A DNA stretch of 64,000 nucleotides from an uncultured Actinomycetes bacterium (GCA_963789015.1 CAWBIU010000001.1:1203989-1267988); one strand, 5' to 3'. Numbered from the stretch's first letter, positions 39,383 through 49,652 are shown. Program-made: numbers and translations. The notes: generated by a model not told the origin, from the letters alone.

Positions 39383-40150
39383 TCAGTCGTCGTAGTCGCC
39401 CGTCCAGACGGCGAAGAGCGCGCCCTGCGGGTCCGCGAGCACGGCGATCCTGCCCTGCAGCATCTGCATCGGGCCGACGAGCAGCCGCCCGCCGAGGCCC
39501 TCGATCTCGCCGAGCAGACGATCGAGGTCCTCGTGGCCGAAGTACGGCATCCAGCTCGGCGGGGCGCCCGGCACCTGCTCGGGATCGAGCGGCGTGATGC
39601 CGCCGTTGGAGCGCTCGCCGTTGAGGATCACGCGATAGCCGCCGGAGTCGGGCATCTCGTGAGCCGTCCAGCCGAACACCTTCCCGTAGAAGTCCGTCGC
39701 GCCCGCGGGATCGGGCGTGACGAGCTCGTTCCAGCTCATCGAGCCGGGCGTGTTGACGAGCGTCGCGCCGATGCTCGCGCGCGGCTCCCACAGGCACAGC
39801 GCCGCGCCGGCCGGGTCGGTGATCACCGCCATGCGCCCGACGTCCATCACGTCGAAGGGCTCCATGACGACCTGCCCGCCGGCATCGGCGGCGCGCGCGC
39901 TCGCGTCGTCGACGGACTCGACGGTCACGTAGCAGTTCCAGTGCGGCGGCTGCTCGGTCGACGCGAACATGGCCGCGACGGTCTCGCCGTCACGGCGCGC
40001 CATCGAGTAGACCTGCCCGTCGCCGATCGGGTTGTCGTCGTACTCCCAGGCGAACAGCTCGCGGTAGAACGCCTTCGCCGCCTCGGCGTCGCTCGTCGCG
40101 AGCTCGGCCCACGAGAAGGCGCCGGGCGGGTGGCTCGTTCGGGTCCCCAT
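39383..40150 (-). CDS. Two-domain VOC (glyoxalase-like) family protein
   Basis: 255 aa. FSWAELATSD..AKAFY..LFAW is repeated as SWNELVTPD..ATDFYGKVFGW. Confidence 0.8.
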   Translation of the reverse strand: MGTRTSHPPGAFSWAELATSDAEAAKAFYRELFAWEYDDNPIGDGQVYSMARRDGETVAAMFASTEQPPHWNCYVTVESVDDASARAADAGGQVVMEPFDVMDVGRMAVITDPAGAALCLWEPRASIGATLVNTPGSMSWNELVTPDPAGATDFYGKVFGWTAHEMPDSGGYRVILNGERSNGGITPLDPEQVPGAPPSWMPYFGHEDLDRLLGEIEGLGGRLLVGPMQMLQGRIAVLADPQGALFAVWTGDYDD

Positions 40151-40159
40151 GTCGCGATG

Positions 40160-40546
40160 CTACGCCCGTCGCGGCGCGCCCGGAACGACGATCTCCTGGA
40201 CCGCCCAGCCGTTGCCGTCGGGGTCGGCGAAGAACACGAAGCGGCCCCACGGGAAGTCCTGCACGTCGCTGACCGGGACGCCACGTCCCGCCAGCTCGGC
40301 GTGGGCCGCCTCGATCTCCTCGACCACCAGCTGCAGGCCCTTGACGGAGCCCGGCTCGGTGTCGATCACACCCTTGCCGATGGCGATCGAGCACGCCGAC
40401 CCGGGCGGCGTGAGCTGCACGAAGCGCATGTCCTCATTGACGACGTGGTCGTGGTCGGCGTTGAAGCCGGCCTGGTCGACGTAGAAGGCCTTGGCGCGGT
40501 CCACGTCGGTCACGGGCACCGCCACCAGCTCGAGCTTGAAGTCCAT
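40160..40546 (-). CDS. VOC (glyoxalase-like) family protein
   Basis: ATG 40546 (MDFKLELVAVPVTDVDRAKAFYV...FFADPDGNGW). Confidence 0.8.
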   Translation of the reverse strand: MDFKLELVAVPVTDVDRAKAFYVDQAGFNADHDHVVNEDMRFVQLTPPGSACSIAIGKGVIDTEPGSVKGLQLVVEEIEAAHAELAGRGVPVSDVQDFPWGRFVFFADPDGNGWAVQEIVVPGAPRRA

Positions 40547-40641
40547 CGAGGTCGTCCTCCTGATCGCTTGACGTGGCACCACGGTAACCGGCATTGCGGC
40601 CAGGAACCGTCCGCAATCTTCCGCTTCGGTAGAACACGAGC

Positions 40642-40953
40642 ATGACCGCCGCCGAGGCCGCCTTCGAGACGCTCGCCGACCGCTTGGCCGGCGAGCCCGG
40701 CGTGACGCTCGGCACCGGCTTCGGGTCCAAGCCCGGCCTGCGGGTCGACGGGCGCATCTTCGCGATGCTGCCCGCCGGCGCGCTCGTCGTGAAGCTGCCC
40801 GCCGAGCGCTGCGCGGCGATGGCGCAGGCCGGCGAGGGGACGCTGATGGTCAGCGGGAAGCGAACGATGCGTGAGTGGCTCGTCGTCGAGGGCGTCGACG
40901 ACGATGCGTGGGCGGCGCTGGCCACCGAGGCGCTCGCCTACGTGCGCGGCTGA
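40642..40953 (+). CDS. Small hypothetical protein (TfoX-N/YjbR-like fold suspected)
   Basis: 103 aa with high GC3. GLRVDGRIFAMLPAGALVVKLP pattern. The family assignment is tentative. Confidence 0.5.
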   Translation: MTAAEAAFETLADRLAGEPGVTLGTGFGSKPGLRVDGRIFAMLPAGALVVKLPAERCAAMAQAGEGTLMVSGKRTMREWLVVEGVDDDAWAALATEALAYVRG

Positions 40954-41000
40954 GCTGTTGCGGCCAGATCGTGGCCGGAATCGCACCTAGCGTGCTGCGC

Positions 41001-41847
41001 ATGCAGACACGAGACGGATATCCGAACGGGGTCCCGTGCTGGGTCGACCTCACGCAGCCCGACGCGCGGGCCGCCGCCGGCTTCTACTCCGGCATCGTCG
41101 GCTGGGTGATCGAGGACCGCATGCCGCCCGGCGTGCCCGTCGAGTACCTCGTCGCCACCCTCGACGGGCACGACGTCGCCGCCATCGGCTCGCCGCGGGA
41201 GGGCGCGCCGCCCACGGGGGCGTGGAACACCTACGTATGGGTCGAGAGCACCGACGAGGCCGCCGCGCGCGTGCGCGAGGCCGGCGGGACGATCCTCGTC
41301 GAGCCCTTCGACGCGGGGCCGGCCGGACGCATGGCCACCGTCGCCGACCCGTCCGGGGCCGCGTTCTCGCTCATGCAGGCCGCCGGTCACCGCGGCGCGC
41401 AGGTCGTCAACGCCTCGGGCACATGGAACTGGAGCGACCTGCACACGCGACGACCCGGAGGGCGCGAAGCGCTTCTACGGCGAGGTCTTCGGCTGGGTGG
41501 CGGAGGCCGTGTCGATGCCCGGATTCGAGGCGACGATGTGGCGCGTGCCCGGCTACGGCGACTTCCTGGCCGAGCGCGAGCCCGGCATCCGCGAGCGCCA
41601 GTCGGGCGTCGGCGCGCCGCCCGGCTTCGAGGACGCGATCGGCTGGCTGCAGCCGGCGGAGGACGGCCAGGCGCCGCACTGGCACGTCACTTTCGCGACC
41701 GACGACACGGACGCGGTCGCTGCCCGCGCCGCCGACCTGGGGGGCGAGGTCGTCAGCGGGCCGACCGACTTCACGATGGTCCGCCACGCGACGATCCGCG
41801 ACCCCCAGGGCGCGATCTTCAGCGTCAACACGTTCACGCCCGCCTGA
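41001..41847 (+). pseudogene. Two-domain VOC family protein, frame broken at about 41445-41448
   Basis: Domain 1 is VPCWVDLTQPD..AAGFY..VGW. ..TWNWSDLHT continues as DDPEGAKRFYGEVFGWVAEAVSMPG... in ORF 41497..41847. Confidence 0.75.
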
Positions 41848-41861
41848 CGGCGGCGGGCGGC

Positions 41862-42683
41862 CTACATGTCCATGCCGCCGTTGACGGCGACCACCTGCCC
41901 GTTGATGTAGCCGGACTCGTCGCCGGCGAGGAAGTACGCGGCGCGGGCGACCTCGTCGGGGTGTCCGAGACGGCGCAGCGGCACCTGGGCGCGGATGCCG
42001 TCGAGGACCTTCTCGGGCACCGTCGAGAGCATGTCGGTCTCGATGAAGCCCGGCGCGATCGCGTTGACCGTGATCGCGACGTCGTTGCCCTCGAGCTTGC
42101 CCGCCTTGTTCAGGGCGTGCGCGGCCTCCTTGGCGAAGGTCATGGTCAGCCCGAACAGGCCGGACTTCGACGCGGCGTAGTTCGCCTGGCCGATGTTTCC
42201 GGTCTGGCCGATGATCGACGAGATGTTGATGATCCGGCCGGTACCGCGGTCGATCATGTGCTCGAGCGCCGCCTTCGACAGGAAGAACGCGCCGGAGAGA
42301 TTCACGTCGAGGACCTTCTGCCAGTCCTCGTCGGCCATCTTGAGGACCGTCTTGTCGCTCGTGATGCCGGCGTTGTTGACGAGGATGTCCAGGCGCCCGT
42401 GGCGGTCGAGGACCTCCTTGATCGTGCGCCGGCAGTCGTCCGCGTTGCCGATGTTGCCCTGATGCGTCGACGACTCGACGTTCGCCTCGCCGAGGTCGGT
42501 GCACAGCCGCTCCGCGGCCTCGCTGTCGCGGCTGTAGCCGGCGGCGATGTTCGCCCCCTGGGCCGCGAGCGCGCGGCAGATCGCCGCCCCGATGCCGCGG
42601 GTCCCGCCGGTGACGAGCGCCACGCGGCCCTCCAGCTTGTCGCCCACCCGTGTGACCTTGGCGGCCTCCTGTGCGGTTGCCAT
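41862..42683 (-). CDS. phaB: Acetoacetyl-CoA reductase / 3-oxoacyl reductase (SDR)
   Basis: VTGGTRGIGAAI, NNAG and YAASK motifs. Lies immediately downstream of phaC on the same strand. Confidence 0.8.
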   Translation of the reverse strand: MATAQEAAKVTRVGDKLEGRVALVTGGTRGIGAAICRALAAQGANIAAGYSRDSEAAERLCTDLGEANVESSTHQGNIGNADDCRRTIKEVLDRHGRLDILVNNAGITSDKTVLKMADEDWQKVLDVNLSGAFFLSKAALEHMIDRGTGRIINISSIIGQTGNIGQANYAASKSGLFGLTMTFAKEAAHALNKAGKLEGNDVAITVNAIAPGFIETDMLSTVPEKVLDGIRAQVPLRRLGHPDEVARAAYFLAGDESGYINGQVVAVNGGMDM

Positions 42684-42708
42684 TCCTCTCTCCTTCCTCT
42701 CCTGGTCC

Positions 42709-43759
42709 CTATCGGTCCGAACGCTCGCCGAGCCACTCGGCGATGTCCGGCCAGATCTCCTTGCGAGCGCGCGAGCCGGCCATCAGCCCGATGTGCCCGC
42801 CCGGGCGATCCAAGTGCGTCACGTCCTCGCTGCCCACCATGTCCAGCACGGGCAGGGTGCCGGGACGCGGCGCGATGTGGTCGGCCCCGGCGGTGACGAC
42901 GAGCACGTTCTGCTCGACCGCCCCGAGGTCGACGCGCCGTCCGCGGATGCGCATGCGCCCGCGGACCAGGCGATTCTCCTTGTACATCCACGTGATCCAG
43001 TCCCGGTAGGCGCGGCCCGGGAACGGCGGGTTGTCGGCCACCCACTTGGCCATCGTCTGGTACGCCTCGGGCTTGAACTCCCCCTCGTACACCTGCTGCC
43101 ACAGGCGCCGGTAGGTCGTCCAGTAGTTGGTGACCGGCTTCATCAGCTTGTTGGCGAAGTCGACCGAGCGGCCCGGGACCGAGCCGTAGACGTCGGCGAC
43201 GTGGTCGACGTCGAAGTCGTCGCGGCCGACCCAGTTGGCGTACAGCGACCCGCTCGTGTCGATCGGCGTGGTCAGCAGCAGCAGGTTGCGCGCCGCCGAC
43301 TCGGGCTGCGATCGCGCAGTGCATGAGCGACAGCGTGCCGCCGATGCACCATCCAAGCAGGCTGACCTCGTCCTGGCCGCTCGCGCGCAGCGTCTCGCGG
43401 ATCCCCGACGGCAGCTCGTCGGCCACGTAGAAGTCGAGCCCCTGGTCGCCGTCGGCCTCGCCGGGGACGCCCCAGTCGAGCAGGAAGACGTCGAAGCCCT
43501 CCTCGAGCAGGAACTCGACGAACGAGTTGCCGGGCCGCAGATCGAAGATGTCGGGCCGGTTGATGAGCGCGAAGACGAGCAGGATGGGCACCGGGTAGGT
43601 GCGCTTGTCGCTGCGGTAGCGATAGAGCGTCGTCTGACGATGGGTCCAGACCACGTCCTTCGGCGTCTGGCCGATCTTCGCGTCGCCCTCCGTGAGCACG
43701 ACGTTGGCGAACTCGAGCGCGGCGATCGGTGTCCGGGCGAGGCGCTCGAGGGCGTTCAT
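42709..43759 (-). pseudogene. phaC: Class III/IV-type PHA synthase PhaC (about 350 aa), frame broken at about 43309
   Basis: ATG 43759. PILLVFALINRPDIFDL. Lipase-box GWCIGG. ..LMHCAIA continues as QPESAARNLLLLTTPIDTSG...GGHIGL in ORF 42709..43356. Confidence 0.85.
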
Positions 43760-44175
43760 GTCGACGGCTTGCGCGTCGAGCGGCGGCGGGGCGCGGCAGC
43801 CTTCACCTCGGCCTTGCCGTTCTCGTTTGCGCCCGCCGTGAGCTGGTCGCGCAGGCCCTCGACCTCCTGCAGGACCTGCTCGAGCTTGTCCTCGGTGCGA
43901 CCGAGCGCGCGCGTCAGCCGGTTGATGTCCTGCCGGCCGGCGACGCGCAGGTTGCGCAGCACGAGGTCCATCGCCTCGTTGCCGATCCGCGTGAGGGCGA
44001 CGGCGTTCTCGGTCATCTGGGCGAGCATGACTCCGAAGCTGTCGCGCGAGACGACGCGCTCGGCGGCGCGGGCGACCCGCGTCTCGGCCTCTTCGTAGAG
44101 GCGCCGGACCTCCTGCTCGGGGGTCGGTGCGGGGGCTCCGTCGGTGTTGGTCTTGTCGGCCATCCTTGGCAGCAT
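43756..44175 (-). CDS. Small coiled-coil PHA-synthase partner / phasin-like protein (PhaE/PhaR analogue?)
   Basis: Its stop overlaps the phaC start (ATGA). RQDINRLTRALGRTEDKLEQVLQEVEGLR resembles the C-terminal motif of PhaE and COG3937 phasins. The probable start is ATG 44163. Confidence 0.6.
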   Translation of the reverse strand: MLPRMADKTNTDGAPAPTPEQEVRRLYEEAETRVARAAERVVSRDSFGVMLAQMTENAVALTRIGNEAMDLVLRNLRVAGRQDINRLTRALGRTEDKLEQVLQEVEGLRDQLTAGANENGKAEVKAAAPRRRSTRKPST

Positions 44176-44206
44176 ATGCCCGCCCGCCCATTAGCATGAA
44201 CCCCGA

Positions 44207-44611
44207 ATGGCGGACGGTGAACGAGCGGAGCGCCTCGGGGAGATCATCCGCCGTCAGCGCGAGCTCTCGGCGCTCTCCATGCGCCAGTTCGCCGACCTCG
44301 TCGGAATCTCGAACCCGTACCTCTCGCAGATCGAGCGCGGTCTGCGCGAGCCGTCCGAGCGCGTCCTCGAGGGCATCGCGCGCAGCCTCCAGGTCCCCGT
44401 CGACGCGCTCTACGAGCAGGCCGGGATGCGCGTCGACGAGGAAGAGGAGACGCCGCCGGTGGTCGAGGCGATCCGCGCCGACGCGCGGCTGACCGGCCGC
44501 CAGCGCCAGGCGATGCTCGAGGTCTACCGGTCCTTCACCGCCCAGGCGCCGTCGCCGCGGCGCGGCGCCCGTGCGCCGCGCCCACCCGAGACGCCGGCCG
44601 ACGTGGACTAG
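44207..44611 (+). CDS. XRE-family helix-turn-helix transcriptional regulator
   Basis: [28 protein letters not shown] is a canonical HTH_3 motif. Confidence 0.85.
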   Translation: MADGERAERLGEIIRRQRELSALSMRQFADLVGISNPYLSQIERGLREPSERVLEGIARSLQVPVDALYEQAGMRVDEEEETPPVVEAIRADARLTGRQRQAMLEVYRSFTAQAPSPRRGARAPRPPETPADVD

Positions 44612-45603
44612 CGCTCGCTGTCGAGGTGCACGAGCTGCGACTCGGCGTAGCGGCCACCCGCCGCCGCGTCGCGTGGGATGGCCGTTTCGATGCGCTCGAG
44701 GTCCTCGTCGCCCAGCTCAACGTCGAGCGCGCCGAGCGCCTCGGCCAGGCGCTCGCGCCGGCGCGCGCCGATCAGCGGGACGATGTCCTCGCCGCGCGAG
44801 CGCACCCAGGCGATCGCCACCTGGGCGACGGACACGCCGCGGGCCTCGGCGATCTCGCGCAGCTCGTCGACGAGCGACAGGTTGTGGTCGAGGTTGGAGC
44901 CCTGGAAGCGCGGGCTGTAGGAGCGGAAATCGCCCTGCGGGAGGTCGCGCCCGGCCGACCAGTGCCCGCTGAGCAGGCCGCGCGAGAGCACGCCGTAGGC
45001 GGTGATGCCGATGCCCAGCTCACGGCACGTCGGGAGGATCGCGTCCTCGATCCCGCGGGAGATCAGCGAGTACTCGATCTGCAGGTCGCAGATCGGGTGC
45101 ACGGCGGCGGCGCGGCGGACCGTCTCGGCGCCGGCCTCGGACAGGCCGATGTGGCGCACGTGGCCGGCCTCGACGAGCTCGGCGATCGCGCCCACGGTCT
45201 CCTCGATCGGGACGTCGGCGTCGACGCGCGCCAGCCGGTAGACGTCGATGTGGTCGGTGTCCAGGCGTCGCAGCGAGTACGTGGCGAAGTTCTTGACCGC
45301 CGCGGGGCGGCCGTCGTAGCCGGCCCAGCCCATCTCGGGGTCGCGCAGCGCGCCGAACTTGACGCTGATCTGGACGGCGTCGCGGTCGCGATCGCGCAGC
45401 GCCTCGGCGATCAGCAGCTCGTTGTGGCCCATCCCGTAGAAGTCGCCCGTGTCGAGCAGCGTGATCCCCGCGTCGAGCGCGGCGTGGATCGTGGCGATGC
45501 TCTCCGAGCGGTCGGCGGGGCCGTAGAAGTCGGACATGCCCATGCAGCCCAGGCCGATGGCCGAGACGCGAGGGCCGGTGGTTCCGAGGGTCGTCGTATC
45601 CAT
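44608..45603 (-). CDS. Aldo/keto reductase
   Basis: ATG 45603. [16 protein letters not shown] and [11 protein letters not shown] motifs. 331 aa. Confidence 0.88.
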   Translation of the reverse strand: MDTTTLGTTGPRVSAIGLGCMGMSDFYGPADRSESIATIHAALDAGITLLDTGDFYGMGHNELLIAEALRDRDRDAVQISVKFGALRDPEMGWAGYDGRPAAVKNFATYSLRRLDTDHIDVYRLARVDADVPIEETVGAIAELVEAGHVRHIGLSEAGAETVRRAAAVHPICDLQIEYSLISRGIEDAILPTCRELGIGITAYGVLSRGLLSGHWSAGRDLPQGDFRSYSPRFQGSNLDHNLSLVDELREIAEARGVSVAQVAIAWVRSRGEDIVPLIGARRRERLAEALGALDVELGDEDLERIETAIPRDAAAGGRYAESQLVHLDSER

Positions 45604-45673
45604 GGCTGAGATGATCGGGGCCGCGTGCGCGTGACGGAAACAGCCATCCGGTGTCGAGCCACCACCGCGCGTT

Positions 45674-46534
45674 GTGCCTGAGCTGCGCCACCTGCGCGCC
45701 TTCGTCGCCGTCGCCCAGGAGCTGAACTTCACGCGCGCCGCCGAGCGCCTGCACCTCGCCCAGCAGGCGGTCTCCAAGTCGGTCGCCCAGCTCGAGCGCG
45801 AGCTCGGCGTCGAGCTGCTGGAGCGGACGAGCCGCGAGGTGCGCCTGACCGACGCCGGCGTGCGGCTGCTCACCGACGCCCGCGGCGTCATCACCGCGGC
45901 CGACGCGGCCTTCGCGCGGGCGCGCGACCACGGCCGCGGCCTGGCCGGGGCGCTGGCGGTCGGCGCCACGCCGGCGGTCGGCCCGGCCATCCTGCGCGAG
46001 GCGGCGCGGCGCATCCGCGAGGACGCGCCGGCGCTGTCGATCGCGCTGCGCGAGGTGCGACCGGACGAGGTCGCCCGCACGCTCGGCGACCGCCTCGCCG
46101 ACGTCGTCCTCACGCGCACGCTGCGGACTCCCGGCGAGCTCGCGGTCACCGCCCTGGCGCCGACGCCGGCGGCGCTGCTCGTCCCGGCGGACCATCGCCT
46201 GGCGGCATCCGAGACCCTCGCGCTCGAGGCAATCGACGGCGAGCGGCTGCTCACGTGGAGCGCGCCGGGCACGCCCTACACCGACCTGCTGCTGGCCATC
46301 TGCCGCGACGCGGGCGCGGCCGTCACGCCGGTCGAGACGTCGGTGACCGGCTCGGCCGAGCTCGTCGAGCTCGTGTCGCTGGGCGCGGTGGCGATCGTCC
46401 CGGTGGGGTGGCCCGTGGGCCAGGACGCGCGGCTCGTCGCGCTCGACGGCGGCGTCACGCTGCCGCTGCTCGCGGTGACGCCGGCGGGCGGTTCGCCGCC
46501 CGCCGTCCGACGGCTGCTCGAGCTGCTCGCCTAG
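45674..46534 (+). CDS. LysR-family transcriptional regulator
   Basis: [34 protein letters not shown] is the HTH. Divergent from the aldo/keto reductase. Confidence 0.88.
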   Translation: MPELRHLRAFVAVAQELNFTRAAERLHLAQQAVSKSVAQLERELGVELLERTSREVRLTDAGVRLLTDARGVITAADAAFARARDHGRGLAGALAVGATPAVGPAILREAARRIREDAPALSIALREVRPDEVARTLGDRLADVVLTRTLRTPGELAVTALAPTPAALLVPADHRLAASETLALEAIDGERLLTWSAPGTPYTDLLLAICRDAGAAVTPVETSVTGSAELVELVSLGAVAIVPVGWPVGQDARLVALDGGVTLPLLAVTPAGGSPPAVRRLLELLA

Positions 46535-47790
46535 GGCGCCGGGATCGGCCGCGCGACCGGCGTCTCGGCCTTGCCGCGGCGGCGCGCCGAGGCGCCCGCG
46601 GGCCCGGGCTGGGAGCGCTCGAGCACGGCCGACATCACGACCGGCCAGTGGTCGCGCAGCGCCTCGGTGCCCATGAACAGGCCGAGGTGCCCGCCGCCCG
46701 TCGAGCGCCCGAGGATGTCCGCGGCCGGCGTGGAGACGTGGTCGGCGAGCGCGAACACCTGCTCGGGCGGCGTGATGTGGTCGCGCGTGCCGGCGAGCAG
46801 GTTGACCGGGCAGGAGATGCGCCCGAGGTCCACCCGGCGCCCGTCGACCTCGAGCGTGCCCTTGACGAGCTCGTTGTCGCGGAACAGGTGCTCGATGAGC
46901 CACAGGTAGAACGGGCCCGGGAGGTCCTGCGTGTGCTTGTACCAGTCCTCGAAGGCCCGGTAGCGCGACACGTGGCGGGCCTCGTGCAGATGCGAGAGGA
47001 GCTGGAGCTGCTTGGCGAGCTCGTTCTCCGGCTTGATGACGATGAAGCCGCCGAGCAGGAACTCGCCCTTGAGCACGCCGTCGCCGAGCGCGACGAGGCC
47101 CTTGAAGAAGTTCAGGTCGACGTCGGAGAGCGCCTCGACGCTCTCGTGGATCACCGCGTCGCCGGCGTGGAAGTCGATCGGGGCGCCGGCGATCGTCAGC
47201 GTGTTGACGTTCTCGGGGTACAGCGCGGCGTAGATCGTCGCCAGCCAGCCGCCCTGGCAGTCGCCGACGAGATTCACGGGGACGCCGATGTGCTCGATCG
47301 CGGCCTCGACCTCGGCCAGCTCGTCGGCGATCGTCGTGTTCTTCGTCGCCTGGGTGGCGCCGACCCACTCGAGCGCGTAGAGCCGCTCGAGCCCGACGGC
47401 GCGGATCGTGCGCATCTGGCTCTGGTCGGAGCTGAAGTCGACGATGCACGAGTCGTGGCCCGCCTGGGGCGGCAGCACGAGCGTCGGCACGACGTCGGCG
47501 GCGCGCACGGGCGTGAAGTCGCGCAGGCGGGTCAGCGGGCTGCTGCGGACGATCTTGTGGCGCGTGGCCCAGCGCGGACGGCGGCGCTCGGTCATGAGCT
47601 GCCACCAGCGCAGGCTGTCCGTCGCCACGTCGAGCGGCGAGCGCGCCTGCAGCAACGCGTTCGTCCAGTAGTCGGTCAGGCCGGTCATCGCGGCCGTCGC
47701 GGTCTCGAACGCCGCGTCGACGCCGCGCCGGCTCACCGGCGGGACGCCGCAGGCAGGCGGAATGGGAAGATCCATGTACCCGTGACCCAT
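46531..47790 (-). CDS. Intracellular PHA depolymerase-like alpha/beta hydrolase (PhaZ/TIGR01849-like architecture, Cys box)
   Basis: 419 aa. Blocks are collinear with intracellular PhaZ as I recall it: LVLPPQAGH, GDCQGGW, AGAPIDFH and a C-terminal VDGRRVDL..I.CP....G..D.I. Confidence 0.55.
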   Translation of the reverse strand: MGHGYMDLPIPPACGVPPVSRRGVDAAFETATAAMTGLTDYWTNALLQARSPLDVATDSLRWWQLMTERRRPRWATRHKIVRSSPLTRLRDFTPVRAADVVPTLVLPPQAGHDSCIVDFSSDQSQMRTIRAVGLERLYALEWVGATQATKNTTIADELAEVEAAIEHIGVPVNLVGDCQGGWLATIYAALYPENVNTLTIAGAPIDFHAGDAVIHESVEALSDVDLNFFKGLVALGDGVLKGEFLLGGFIVIKPENELAKQLQLLSHLHEARHVSRYRAFEDWYKHTQDLPGPFYLWLIEHLFRDNELVKGTLEVDGRRVDLGRISCPVNLLAGTRDHITPPEQVFALADHVSTPAADILGRSTGGGHLGLFMGTEALRDHWPVVMSAVLERSQPGPAGASARRRGKAETPVARPIPAP

Positions 47791-48555
47791 GAACGCAACT
47801 TACCCACCGGTCAGGAACCTAGACGCACGGTCCTGGTGACCGGGACCGCCAGTGGAATCGGCCGCGCCATCACCGAACGGCTGGTCGACGACGGCTACCA
47901 GGTGCTCGCCGTCGATCTCAAGCCCGATCCGGACGGGCCCGGCGAGCCGTTCGAGGCCGATCTGACCACGCGCGAGGGCAACCGCGCGGCCGTCGAGGCC
48001 GCCGTCGAGCGCTTCGGGCGCCTCGACGCGATCGTCCCGAACGCGGGCTTCCAGCACGTCTCGCCGATCGCCGACTTCGACGAGGACCGCTGGGACGCGC
48101 TGCTGTCGATCCTGCTCACGAGCCCGTTCCTGCTCGCGCGCTACGCGTGGCCGCACCTCGTGGAGAGCGGCGACGGGCGGATCTGCGTCATCGCCTCGGT
48201 GCACGGCCTCGTCGCCTCGCCCTTCAAGGCGGGCTACATCTCCGCCAAGCACGGCGTCATCGGGCTGGTCAAGACGCTCGCGCTCGAGGGCGCGACGCAG
48301 AACGTGACCGCGACGGCGGTGTGTCCGGCCTTCGTGCGCACGCCGCTCGTCGAGAAGCAGATCGCCGATCAGGCCAAGGCCCACGGCCTGCCGGAGGACC
48401 GCGTCCTCGAGGAGGTCATCCTCGCCCCGCACGCGGTCAAGCGGCTGATCGAGCCCGACGAGGTCGGCGGCCTGGTGGCGTTCCTGCTCGGGCCGGGCGG
48501 ACGCTCGTTCACCGGCACGCCGGTGACGATGGACCTCGGCTGGTCAGCGCGTTAG
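47782..48555 (+). CDS. bdhA: 3-hydroxybutyrate dehydrogenase (SDR)
   Basis: VTGTASGIGRA, NAGFQHV and IASVHGLVASPFKAGYISAKHG motifs, C-terminal DLGWSAR. The start is uncertain: GTG 47782, or ATG 47789 with another frame break. Confidence 0.8.
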   Translation: MTHERNLPTGQEPRRTVLVTGTASGIGRAITERLVDDGYQVLAVDLKPDPDGPGEPFEADLTTREGNRAAVEAAVERFGRLDAIVPNAGFQHVSPIADFDEDRWDALLSILLTSPFLLARYAWPHLVESGDGRICVIASVHGLVASPFKAGYISAKHGVIGLVKTLALEGATQNVTATAVCPAFVRTPLVEKQIADQAKAHGLPEDRVLEEVILAPHAVKRLIEPDEVGGLVAFLLGPGGRSFTGTPVTMDLGWSAR

Positions 48556-48556
48556 A

Positions 48557-49351
48557 TCAGCCATCTCCGAGGAAGTCGCCGACGGCGCGGTCCAGGGCGG
48601 GCGCGTCGGTGAAGTAGAGGTGGCCGGCGTCGGGGTCGGTCACCAGCTCGGCGCCGGGGATGCCCTCGGCGAGCAGCCGGCCGTTGCCGGGCGGCACCAT
48701 CACATCGCGCTCGCCGTGGACGACGATCGTCGGCGCGGCGATCGCGCCGAGGCGATCGTGCGTGTCGTGGCCCATGGCGGCGGCGAGCTGGGCCTTGTAG
48801 GGCTCGGGCTCGATCGGATAGCGCAGCCGCTGAACGATGTCCTCGGCGATCCGATCGCCGTGCTCGGCGCGCGTGCGCGGGCCGTAGTTGTAGGGGACCG
48901 ACGCCCACACGGCCTCCTCGGCCGTCATCTCGCCGCGGCGGCGGAAGAAGGCGAGGGTCTCGTCGGCCGCCGCGACGGAGCGCGGGCCGCCCGGGGTGGT
49001 CGCGCCGAGGGCCAAACCGCGGACGCGGTCGGGATGGCGCAGGGCGATCTCCTGGGCGATCATGCCGCCCAGCGAGATGCCGTAGACGTGCGCCGAGTCC
49101 TCGCCGGCCGCGTCGAGCACGGCGACGGCGTCGGCGGCGAGCTGGGCCATCGAGTAGGGGCCCGCGGGGCGGGCGCTGCGGCCCACACCGCGGTTGTCGA
49201 AGGCGAGCACCCGGAAGCGCTCGGCCAGCACGGGGACGGTGCGCCACCAGCCGGTGGCGTTCATCCCCAGCCCCATGACGAGAAGCACCGGCGCTCCCGC
49301 GCCGGTGCTCTCGAAGTACAGCTCGGTGTCGCCACTGCGGGCGACGGGCAT
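48557..49351 (-). CDS. Alpha/beta hydrolase
   Basis: ATG 49351. VLLVMGLG, FDNRGVGRS and nucleophile elbow GISLGG. Confidence 0.85.
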   Translation of the reverse strand: MPVARSGDTELYFESTGAGAPVLLVMGLGMNATGWWRTVPVLAERFRVLAFDNRGVGRSARPAGPYSMAQLAADAVAVLDAAGEDSAHVYGISLGGMIAQEIALRHPDRVRGLALGATTPGGPRSVAAADETLAFFRRRGEMTAEEAVWASVPYNYGPRTRAEHGDRIAEDIVQRLRYPIEPEPYKAQLAAAMGHDTHDRLGAIAAPTIVVHGERDVMVPPGNGRLLAEGIPGAELVTDPDAGHLYFTDAPALDRAVGDFLGDG

Positions 49352-49353
49352 TG

Positions 49354-49626
49354 CTACTTGAGCAGCTCGCGGCCCGTCGAGACGTAGACCTTCGTCAGCT
49401 CGCGCGTGAAGCGGGCCTGGGCGTCGACGATCGTCGAGACCCACTCGACGTCGGACTGCTTGGCGACCTGCTCCTGGTAGTCGGCGATCGACTGGAGGGT
49501 CTTCTCGTACGCGTCGAGGTACGCGCCGCCAGCCTTCTTGCTGGCGGTGAGGATCCGCTCGTTGAGGTCGCGGATGCGCTCGGTGGTCTCGTTTACAGTG
49601 GTCTGGGGATCGGTGGCGGTAGCCAT
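49354..49626 (-). CDS. Small helical phasin-like protein
   Basis: ATG 49626 (MATATDPQTTVNETTERIRDLNERIL...). 90 aa, amphipathic and Ala/Gln/Glu-rich. Sits in PHB gene context. Confidence 0.5.
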   Translation of the reverse strand: MATATDPQTTVNETTERIRDLNERILTASKKAGGAYLDAYEKTLQSIADYQEQVAKQSDVEWVSTIVDAQARFTRELTKVYVSTGRELLK

Positions 49627-49652
49627 TTCGTTTCCTTTCGCTGACTGACGTT

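Noticed and set aside
44166-44179. A sigma-54-like TTGGCAGCATATGC element between the phaE-like gene and the XRE regulator.
   Set aside because: The GG-to-GC spacing is two nucleotides shorter than the -24/-12 consensus (TGGCAC-N5-TTGC). No enhancer-binding protein is nearby.
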